Assembly: GCF_002571385.2 (NCBI RefSeq)
Contig: NW_019217925.1
Span: 103,301-167,300, forward strand
Length of the DNA: 64,000 nt
Direction of reading: 5' to 3'
Source of the DNA: Stylophora pistillata
Taxonomy: Eukaryota
Shown here piece by piece: positions 23,530 to 48,900 of this stretch. Numbering within the stretch: the stretch's first letter is position 1; the number at the start of each line of letters is the position of its first letter. The translations under genes and the position numbers were made by a program. The notes under the pieces are model-generated. The model saw only the letters and a list, made by a program, of their open reading frames with translations. It was not told the DNA's origin and did not search any database.

Positions 23530-25230
23530 TTATGGCTCTCCAAGTGGTATGACAAATGAAATCTTGTCTCCAAATTCTCCCCAGCTTGCTCTATATTTCT
23601 GATAGATGACAATCCATGCTGTTAAACCGGCAAACCATATAAGAAATCCTACAGCTGACTTAATTACATCTGAAAGATATTCAAAATTATACCACACTGT
23701 TACTAACTTTTTAACTCCAACATTTTTATCAAAATTGAACTATATTGTTTGCATTTAATTTTGGTATGCTAAATGCAATATTATTGGCAGTACTTTAACC
23801 ACTGGGTTTCTAAAGGACAAAAAGGTTAGTAAAAAAAACAAAACAAGTCATTATATCTTTAAGTTATAATTACATCATTGAATAAAATCTTGCATTCTGA
23901 TTGCTTAATGTAGCAAGGTATTTAGCATGGAATTGTGAGTTGAAAACAAGGCTAAGTAATATTTTTCTGCTTCTATGTATACATAAAAACTATAAATAAT
24001 GTACAAGTCTTCTCAATTTTACTCAATTATGCAATTCAAGGAAAATCCATTACTGGACTTGTAAATTCTGTTTTAAATTGTATTTGAAAACTGACATCAC
24101 ACAAGTTGCAAAGCAATAAGTGCGATATTGGTTTTTGCATGCAATTTAATGTGGAATTCCCTTGTCAAGTAAGGAATTTTCCTATAATACTCGCACTTCA
24201 ATTCGCCAATTTGGCAGGCAATATTTCACTGTACAGCCAGTTAAATTCAAAAGTTTCTTTCACCTGAAATCTCCTTCCTGTCTGTTTGAGCCCAGGGATA
24301 AAATACATGTCTCCCTACCCTTGTTTTCTGGGTCTGTGCAATAAGTTAAGGAACCTAGTTTTTCAGTAGGGATTTATGGCCATGCACACTTTGCACTTGG
24401 ACCATAAATCTTTGAAGAAAAAAACTTGGTCCTTAACTGAAAGTACAGACTATGAAACTTGGGTAGTAAGAGGCGTCAATCCTGGAGTATCACAGGAGGT
24501 TATTACTGGTGATGAAAACAAACCTTTTAGAACCCAAACCTCTGACAATTTTGAAACATGAACTCCAGCAAGAATGAGTGTTTCTACTGTGTTGATCAAA
24601 TTTCCCTCACGTACAGATGGCTTTCAATTCATATCCTTGTAAACTTACAAGATTTCAGCTTTGATTGTCCAGTGAAGGTTGGTCTGATGAATGCCTCCCT
24701 AAAGAACCACACTATATTGATAAACCAGAGAAATGGCAGCAAAGCAAATCCTCCTAAGAAATGTGTTGACGTGAGTCAAGGAAAATAGACAAACAAGCGA
24801 AAAAAGAGTAAAAAATAAGGAAAATAATGCATTCAGGACTGTTAAACGGTCAAATTCTAGTGTGGGGTGGTGAAATATCTATGTTCTCTTGCTGTAGCCA
24901 GCGACTTCGATTTTCGACAATCTTAGCAAGACGTTGGAGTTCCCTTGTTCAGCACTGTAAAAAAAAAATTATCTATATATAACCATAACACGGGGAAACA
25001 TGCGATAATTCCAATCTTACGAACATTTACATTAGCATGCATGATCTGAAGTGATTGAAATGAAACGCCTGAGCGCTAGCATGTCAACTCACGAATCATA
25101 TCTATCAAAATCGACCATATAACCCAGCGTAAAAGTATAACCTGTGACCATAGATAAAAAGGAATATAAGTATGATATATTTTCTGCATAAGTTGACTTT
25201 CTCTTCGTCAGGAACTTTCCTCAAATCCAT
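23530..25230 (-). CDS. PSENEN: Gamma-secretase subunit PEN-2; exons 25230-25179, 24762-24649, 23669-23530; 101 aa
   Basis: [18 protein letters not shown]|[37 protein letters not shown]|[46 protein letters not shown]. Length 52+114+140=306 nt, the same protein length as human PEN-2. Confidence 0.95.
23870..24185. mobile_element. CpG-decayed long-hairpin element (same family as 37660-38850)
   Basis: Its 5' end aligns with 37670-37755. Hairpin at about 24040-24182 with apex cacAAgttgcaaagcaatAAgtg, a decayed GA-GTT-GCGAAGC-AAC-GA. Confidence 0.7.
24763..25178 (-). other. U12-type (minor spliceosome) AT-AC intron, PSENEN intron 1
   Basis: 5' end ATATCATAC. Branch site TTCCTTGAC with the branch A 13 nt before the end of the intron (..CAACAC). 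Only this junction restores RKYFLGGF. Confidence 0.85.
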
Positions 25231-25358
25231 GGTCAAGCTTGTACGATTTTTTGTTTAAAACTTTGGAATCTGACGTGATGTTGTACTCCAGTCCCATCAT
25301 GCAACATAAGAAAGCATGACTTCGCGTGTTCTTACAACACACTAATCAGATATCCAAG
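25231..25358. promoter_or_regulatory. 128-bp bidirectional promoter PSENEN/SMG9 with a CRE-like TGACGTGA (25271) and a ZNF143/SBS-like ACTCCAGTCCCATCATGCA (25285-25303)
   Basis: Divergent ATGs at 25230 (-) and 25359 (+). Motifs were read directly; factor identity is inferred from vertebrate consensus. Confidence 0.7.
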
Positions 25359-40079
<14,721 letters not shown>

Positions 40080-41754
40080 CCGGAGAAACTCATAGAGTGT
40101 TAACAGGAGACAGGGCGCTGTAACGATTCGGTTCAGCTTTTGGGATACTGGACAAAGGCTGTGAAGAATTCGTTCTTCCCGGGGATATGACTTTGAACTC
40201 TTTATATGAAGATAAAACTCAGAAGTTTAAATAATTACATCTTACCGTCAGGTACTTACTTCAAATATTGAAATAAATGTATTTATTGTCGAGCAATGTG
40301 TGTGTGTTGGTGATTACTTTCATTAGTCATTGTAAACTACTATTAAAGAGCGCTCCACGTTATTATAAGTCTATCGCAAAATTATGATTCAATGCACGCA
40401 CGAGAGACGGAAAAATAAGCAAAACTACGTACATGGGACTATTTTTTATTAAGAGTCGAAAGTATTATGTCCTTGACATTTTTCAAAGTCATCTATGACT
40501 TGAAATGTTCGTCCGTTGCAAGTCTCATTGATTTTCTCAAATAACCTCTTCACCTCTTGCAGTCTAGCCCTTCTCGGCATTGCTAAAAGTGTCCTTTCAG
40601 TCTTTTCTTTTTTCCTCTATGGCGTTGCTTGGAAATCGTGGAGGCTTTCTTTCCCCTCTCTGAGAGAAAAGAGGAAAGAGAGGGGAGGGGAGAGGGCGGG
40701 GCGCGGGTGTGTGCTCGTTAAACAATACACGAGTAAGTGTTAACAAATATTTAGAGACCAAGATCGCCTGTTTAGTGGTGTTCACGCGAAAATGAAATCT
40801 TTACTGTGCAAAACCTGAACCTTTTTCTGGTTACACCCCATTTTACTTTTCGTTTGGAGCAGGCCAAGCCTTTAAAATGGTGAGTGGCGCAATTCCAAAC
40901 ACTGTCCAGGTCACACCGTGTTCGACATAATTGCGTGCGTGACATATTAATTATTATTATTTTATTTTTTCTATCGTGCTTACGTACTACAGGTGAGCGT
41001 GATGGCAAGTTATATTTTTCTTATTACGTCCTGAGATAAATTTCAAATGTGTGAAGTGGTCTTAACAAAATTCGTAAACCGCAGTGAGGCAGGTTGGTGT
41101 TTTTACGTCAGATCGAGTTACGTAATAGAGATTCATACGTTTCACACGTTTCGTAGATCAGGCTCCAAACACGTTATCTTGCACAGTGCACATGAGGATC
41201 CTTTTATGACGGTCACCATAACCTCTGAACATGATTAGAAAACGTGAGACTTGCAGTGTTACCAGTGTAACCAAGAAAGAAAAAATTATTTTCAGTTCAC
41301 TAACAGCCCCAGGTGAGTTCAACTTCTTGTTTTAACAGCTTTTGATCCACTAGCTGTTAACAGCGCCAATTGTTTACAAAAAAATTAAATCTCTAAATAG
41401 CCAAACCGGTACAGAGTTATTTCATCAACAATGATTTGAATTAAAACGCTTTGAAGCCACATTCTCCTTGGCATTCAGAGATCAAGAATTGCGACAAAAA
41501 TTGTGATTCTTCGCTGGAAAGTCCTGAATTCAGCTACTGTCAGAGTTATAAACTGACTGATGAAGGTTGCAGCATACCAGAAAATTAATTGTCAGGAAAT
41601 TTGACTTGGAGCTCCTCTGAAAATTTTTACTGGTCAGTTCTTGCTTAAGCATGAAGACAATTAAGATTTACAAGCCCCTCTATTAGATGAGTCTTTTTTT
41701 CTGACATCTACTGCATTGAACAGTCGTGCTGGATCGATAAATGGAAAGAAAGTA

Positions 41755-43358
41755 ACATCACTCCTGTTTTTAAGAAGGATATAGTGAGGCTAATAAATCT
41801 AACTACCATGCAGTCTCCATTTTACCTGGAATTTCGAAAATATTTGAAAGAGTTATGTATAATCAGCTGTATAATTACTTTGTACCACATTTACTCTCAG
41901 ATAGTCTGTCAGGATTCCTTAAAAGTCATCCAACCTGTTCAGCCATATTAAAGATTACTGAAGATTGGAGAACAGCTTGGATGAGAATCAAATCGTATCT
42001 GTAGTATCAATCGATCTTAGCAAGGCTTTTGATACGATCTACCATCGCCTATTACTAAGAAAACTGAAAGAATATGGCGTTTCTACTCCATCTCTCAAGT
42101 TAATCTGCTCTTATCTCATCGGCCGACATCAACGTGTCAAAGTGGAAAACATCTTCTCTGAATGGCGTACAGTACAATGTGGAGTACCGCAGGGGTCCCT
42201 GCTCGGACCCCTGTTCTTTAATATTTATATTAATGATATTACCTTCATCACCAAAAATATGCAACTAAGACTCTACCCTGATGACACCACCTCCTACTGT
42301 TCAAGCAACTGCCCTCCTGTCCTACAGCTATACACAAATGAGGACTTGTCTCTACTTGCTAAATGGCTAAATTGCAACTACTTAAAAGTCAACTCAACCA
42401 AGACACAAGCCATGGTCCTTGGACCGGATCGTCAAATTACAACTTTGACCTATCATTGGACAATAGCAATATCGAAATAAAGGACGAACTCAAATTGCTT
42501 GGTGTGACAATTGACAGTAAATCATCATATACTACTCATATTAAGAATATCCTTAGTAAAATACATGCCTAAGCTGGTGCTCTTAGAAGAATACGCAACT
42601 TTATATCGATAGTAAAACTGCTATGAGAATATATAAGGCCTATATACTTCTTCATTTTGATTATTGTTCTCCTCTTTTTGTTGGGCTGTCAAGCGCCTTA
42701 TCTGACGATTGAACGTACACAATTTTATATACTTAGAACATTATTTAAATTTCCTAAATCAATTGAGTATGCTGAGTTATTAAGTCAGCTTAATCTTGAA
42801 TCTATCAAACAGAGACGATTGTCTCAACCCCTAGTTTTTATATTCAAGGGATATCATAATTAAGGACCAATTTATATCAACAACTTATTTAAATTCAGAC
42901 AGTGTAGATATAACCTTAGAGGTAGTGGATCCCGCATGGATCAGCCGGCTCCCAAATCTCATTTTGGGCATCAGTCCTTCTCTTATATTGGTTGTCGGCT
43001 GTGGAACAGCCTTCCTCAAGATGCCAGGGATGCCAAGAGCATTACTATCTTTAGAATTCAGTTAACCAAGTTATAAATTTGGATACCAAAGTTAATGGCA
43101 AATGCACCTTCTACGCTTGATTCACGCCTTCTGCGTATTTCAATAATAGATTTTATTAGCCCTTAATCTGAAATTATTTTGAGCTTGTATGTTTTGGGCA
43201 TATAGCATGTATTTTTTTTTTCAAATTATTTATTCATTTATCATATTATAGTTTCTAATTATATTAGTTAGTATACATGTAAATTTTTGTAACGAGCATC
43301 TTTTTGCTCATCAATTTTCGTGTTTAAATAAAGTTATACCAGTCCTACTTACTTACTT
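41755..43358 (+). mobile_element. 5'-truncated, decayed L2/CR1-group LINE (RT and 3' tail)
   Basis: VSILPGISKIFERV, IDLSKAFDTI, GVPQGSLLGPLFFNIYIND, YPDD (mutated YADD), LLGVTIDSK, with frameshifts and stops. Ends with AATAAA and (TACT)n. Confidence 0.9.
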
Positions 43359-44238
43359 ATCTGGTAGCTTGTAACTACAACCGTGTCCTATCCTTCGCTA
43401 GCTTATTACCCCTGCCTTACTGAGGAAGACGTTTTAACAAACCTGTGCGCGTGTGTGCTTTGGGATTACGTAGGTTAATAATATCGTAAGCAAATCACGC
43501 TGACCTTTATACTTTTAACGTGTGCAATTTTATTTGAGAAAGTTGAAAGTTTTTTAGTTTATCGATTGGCGTTTTGTTTAACGGTCATTGTCATTTACCA
43601 AGAGTCTACAGTTTTCCATGTTTGAATTAAAGTGTCTGTTTGGATTTTCCATTTCGCTTCTGAACAAGGGTCTAGGCTTTGGGAATGTACATCTCTTTCA
43701 AATATTATTCCCCCCCTCCCTTTTATGAGGGTTAAAAAAGGACATAGCTTGGACTTATCATAGAAAGGGTTCCAGCTTCTTAATACACCATTAATTTCTT
43801 CTCCCTTATTAAATTCATAAAATAAGAGCATTAAAGTAGTATTAACCATTTCTGTAGTGCACATTTTAGGGAATTGCTCATTTCTATGAGGGGGGTCATG
43901 GGCAAGTCCAAGACACCCTTGCCATTCTCCTGGGAGAGTAAGGGGAAGTTTTGTTGGATTTGGTGTACCGGTACTACAAATTTCCTAAAGCCATATGTAG
44001 CCTTCAATAGTTGTATAAAAAGAAATAAGTTATGAGGGTAATATCAGGCTGGCATGCTCAATTCATTTTCCTTTAGAATTCTTGGGATAGTGCATAAATT
44101 TACTGGTAGCTGGTAATTTGCAAGAACACTTTTACCTTCACTTCGTCAATGACAAATGAAGTTTCATAACTTGGTATATTTATTTTGCAATTGCTTAGAG
44201 AAGGAATTACTTGCAGATTACATGGTACTGTACAAACA

Positions 44239-45454
44239 TCAAGCTGGGTCTGAAAACATAACCACATTCTTGGGTGGGCCATTTTCTTCAGTGCGGCTCT
44301 TAACAGGAGATGGAGCAGCTGGTTCAGGGGTTTTTGCCACAACAGGGCTGGGTGACTTTTTACATTGACTACTCTGGCTTGGTGGACGTGGGCTTGTTTT
44401 CCCTTCTTGTGGGCTTGGTGTCCATACTTCTTCTGGCTGGGGTGTTGGAGTCCTTGCTTTGTCTGCAGTTTCTTCTTTTTTAGGACTCGGTGTGCGTGCA
44501 GGTGGCTCTGTTTCTTTTTGCATGCTTGTGGATATTGCATTTGTCTTTATGGTCTTTGTTTTAAGAGGAGGTTTTTTCATTTCCCATGTACCCACAAACT
44601 CACCCCAGGGACTCTTTGAAGAGCGTGGGATCCCTGGCAAAATGTGTCCTTGGTCATTGCTAATTGGCTGGGTGAAGCCTTCAAAAGTTGATGGACGCTA
44701 TAAGTATAAAGAAAGAGAATTATAAGGTGGAAGTGTTAGTATTCAAACTATACTGATTCATTCTGAGTTGTCACATTTCAGGAGTGGTGGGGGTTGGGTG
44801 GTAATCTTGGTTATTCCCACAGACCTACTACCCAGGCTCCATTAATGTTACTGACGGAGGAAATGAAAATGTTTCCATTTCCTTCGTTAGCAACATTATC
44901 AACAACAACACCAACATAGACATCAGTAATATATGTAAACCTCAAACAGAAAATATAGAATGTTAAGAGAAAAACCAGACAAAGGAGCAAACATCTAACT
45001 CAAGTGTACTTTGTTTGTCGACAATTAATGTATGGCTCAAGCCGAGGAAATGGTTAATCGGTGAAAACAAAATTATGTCGTATTTCTTTCTATGCTAATC
45101 TGCGGTCTGTTAGTTTAATCAAAAATATCTCCATCATCTCTTACCTCTTTGAATCTCTTGGGAATTTCCCAGTTCTGCAACCTACGAGCAGCGAATTCTT
45201 TCTCGTACTACGGATTAAAAGAAACACAAAATAAATTGTCTACTAGTTCACGTAAAACTTACCAAATGTAACAATCAAGGTAAGATCGATTTAACTGTTC
45301 TTCCGTTTAGCTCGGAATTCGCAGATCGACCGGCGCCGTTTTTGGGTGACTGACGACACTGAAGCATCATTTAGTACCACGAAAATTCTTTCTTTCTTAA
45401 AGAAAATACAAAATGCTTTCATAGTACCTGATTTGCGCTAAAGTGCGTCGACAT
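44239..45454 (-). CDS. CFAP126: Protein Flattop / cilia- and flagella-associated protein 126; exons 45454-45428, 45207-45145, 44697-44239; 182 aa
   Basis: MSTHFSANQ|YEKEFAARRLQNWEIPKRFKE|RPSTFEGFTQPISNDQGHILPGIPRSSKSPWGEFVGTWEM.. matches the Flattop N-terminal motifs (SANQYE, LQNW, ND.GH.LP, PWG.F.GTW). Pro/Ser-rich tail. Confidence 0.9.
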
Positions 45455-45515
45455 CTTCGCTGTTTGGTGAGATGAACGGCAACAAAGCACTCGATAGTTG
45501 TAAGCTCGTAAGAGA

Positions 45516-45529
45516 GTTGTTATGACAAC
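45516..45529. promoter_or_regulatory. RFX X-box-like site GTTGTTATGACAAC upstream of CFAP126
   Basis: 14-bp near-palindrome about 60 bp upstream of the Flattop ATG, inside the divergent CFAP126/SLC37 promoter. Confidence 0.6.
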
Positions 45530-45994
45530 GCTTTCCTTCGTACTTAGTCTTCCTCTTCCGAGTGTTTCCCATCACATGATTAGCACGAATCTTTCGATGG
45601 TGGTACTATTTTAGTAACCTCGTCTAGGCATGAATCCATTAAAGTTATTTTTACACGAAAGGTAACAGGAAACTGAAAGAAACCTCAGCAGAAGTCGGTA
45701 AGCGTATAAAAAAAAAGGAATTTTGAAATCAGTGGACATTTGCATTTCACAATCAAGTTCACAATCAGACTGAACAGAATTGGCGTAGCATAGAATTGTG
45801 CCGGTATCAAATATGGCGCTTGGGCCTAGCTTTATTTTGAATTTACTGATGTCTAAATCAGCCTTTTGATGGCATAATTTTCTTCAGTTTGTAGCTGAAA
45901 CCAAAGATTTATTTTCTTCTAACAGGTTTTCTCCAAACCGAAGTTCTGATCTATTCAAGAATCACACTGCAAACCACTATCCAAAATTTGGATT

Positions 45995-48900
45995 ATGTCG
46001 ACGCCTGAGCTACAATTTCGTGACAATCACCGAAGGAAGGTCCCCTATGGGATACGTTTCATACAGTGGATCGGACGAGAACGCCCACAAGCGTAAGATT
46101 ACATAAATTTTTGTTCTATGGACCTCTCTCTGTTGTGGTGACTGTGATCTTTAGCTGTGTCAACCAACAAGTAATCTTTTTATCGTTTGATATTGTTCAT
46201 TTATAATTTCAATTCCATCTTGTTCCAGCTATCGTGGATGGGTCCTAATTTTAACGTTCTTTGCCTACACCTCGTATCATCTCTCAAGGAAACCTATCAG
46301 TGTCGTAAAGGTGAGAAAATAGAATCAACCATTCCATGATTTTGTTTACAAATCGGGGTAATGGCGTAATGATAATTATAGCTCTTGTTTTTCTTGGAAA
46401 TGGGCCATCCCCAAAAAGCCTCAAGAATCCACCAATGTTTGTGATAATGTTTCTTACGGACGTTTCTAAATATAAGGCTTTTCATTTTTATTTTTCCTTA
46501 TCCCCCACCTTCTAAGTATTATTTTGGTCTCAGTGTTAATCTTCTCTGAATAAAAGTTTATAAATCTGTCTATCTGGTAGATTTCTGGTAACAATGGGTT
46601 GTTTATAAAAATAATATTGTTTAAGGAAATATCACTGTGGAATCTAGACCTTAGATTTGGGGGCAGAGGGAGGGGAGGGTGGGTTGGAGAGCATTTTTAC
46701 ATTGATATTCATTAACTTGAAGTAGCTGATGGTTCTCAAACTATAGCTTATTTAAAAGGTCCAGTTCTCTCAAATGGACTCAAACTTGCACGTTTTTGAT
46801 TTGTAATATGTACTTCAGAGCTGTGAGAGACTCGTGCCCATTATAGCAAGTACTCAGTGCATTAACCTTTGTCACTTACTAAATAAACACCATTTTCACG
46901 TCATCAATCTCACCATACATTGTGTTCAGTTTCATTCTCAAGGCTTTCCTCTGGATGTGGGAAAAAAACTGAAATCGTTTGAGGAGAAAGGTGGTTTCTG
47001 TTAGAATTGTGGGGGATATTGAAATATTTCTTAAGCATTTGTTCAAAAATTTTTATTTGCATGTAATATTTATGATTTCACACCTCTGCAAACTCTAGGA
47101 AATTCCATTGGCAGGGATTAATTTGCTCTATAATTCACCCAGTCTATAGTTAAGTTCTAATTCCAGAAAATGAAAATGTATACAAACTTCGCCAATGATA
47201 CATAACAAACTAGGGCATGTTTGTTCATAATCAAATATTGTTTACAATGATGCAAGTAGTGTTAGTGTTATAAGTTATGTTTGTGCTGTGTGTACAGTGA
47301 GTATTACAAACTTTTTACCAGTAGTATTGGGTATATCATGCCTGTGTACAAAACTAGTTCTTGTGCTAGGGAGCTCACAGTTTTTAAAGAGAAGTTCTTT
47401 ATAGAGGCATCTACATTGAGAAAAAAAATTTAGGTGGCTAGGAATTGTTTGCACTGATTTTTTGAGATTTCTGAAAAAGCCATACTGTATGCTGATAGCA
47501 ATCCAGTGATGCAAGTAGAAATGGGGGTTACTAAACTCATTTTTGAGTCTCTGAGAGATAAACCAAGAAATGGGTGTGCATCTAATTTAAAACAATTTTT
47601 TTTATCTGTTTTTATCTGCTTTTGTTGGTTTTAGGGAACATTGAAGCCAAATTGTTCTAAAATAACTGCAAGTTGCCATGGCTGGAAACCATTTGGTAAT
47701 AAGTTAGAATATTTTTACAGTGAAACTTAATAACTCATTTTCAAGACATGCCAGTAACTTGCTAAATGTATCACATTGTATAAAATTAATGTAACTGACT
47801 GATGTAGTTTTGTTATCCGTGATTATCAGACTCACCAGACACTGGCGACGAGCTTCTTGGAGCATTGGATCTGGCGTTCCTATTTTCCTATGCTGTTGGC
47901 ATGTTTTTCAGGTATGTATAACATGGATTTTACATATTATGGTATTAAAAGATTAACTCCCAAGATCTCAAATTGGTAATTCTCCTTATGGTCTGCCATA
48001 CAATTCTTATGATGTTAGAATGGAGAATTTGGTATCAGATCAACTGATAATCCCTTGAGTGATATTTTCCTTTATTCTCAATACTTGTGTGATTGATATA
48101 TTGGTATTGATATTGTAGGGAGAAATTCTGTCTTAGTCACTTGTGGGAGTAAAAGGGTTAATAAACATGTTGATTCAATATTTACACCAAATCACTTTAA
48201 AACTTTTGCTTAATTCTAGATCTTTATCATGATTATTATCATCATTATCAAAATGTTCTTTGTATTGACCCTTTGAGTCCTAATAGTGACCAGCTTCTAA
48301 TTTCTTCTTACATTATCACCCCTGAATCAAACATTAAGGTAATGAGAATAAATGAAATGATCACCTTCAATATCACCCCTGAATGAAACATTGAGATCTC
48401 AAGAATGATCCTTTTAACTCCCAGAAGTGATTAACCTGTAACTTCTCCCTGTAACATCTATACATGATCCAGCAAACAGGTAATGAGAATACTCAAACTT
48501 ATCAAGTAGAAGTTGTTGCCTTGATTGAACACCAAATTCTCGTATCCAGTTTACAAGGAAATGTGTAGCAGCTAGAGGGGAGAATTCATAATCAGATTTC
48601 GGGAGTTAAAAGGGGTTAAAGAAATGATCAACAACTTAATACCCTTTTGCTTTTTAATTGAATTCTCCTTGTCAGCAACTTAATTTATAATTAATATATG
48701 ACAAACAGTACAGAGAATGTGCACACTAATGGTAGGGTGTTAATTGTAATATATTTTCTTGTTTTTTTTTCAATGGCAGTGGCTTTGTTGCTGAGCACAT
48801 GGACCTCCGGCATTTTCTTACAGTGGGGATGTTATCCAGTGGTCTTTTTACAGCATTGTTTGGCATGGGATATTTTTTGAAATTTCACTCTTTTGCATAT

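Noticed and set aside
24753-24755. Canonical AG acceptor (ttcttag|gagga) for PSENEN exon 2
   Set aside because: No GT or GC donor exists at the matching position after exon 1. The AT-AC junction gives the conserved sequence and length.
41552-41595. Hammerhead-like CTGATGA..GAAA motif, and decayed ones near 26610, 52560 and 57505
   Set aside because: The cleavage triplet or core bases do not fit, so they are too degenerate to call.
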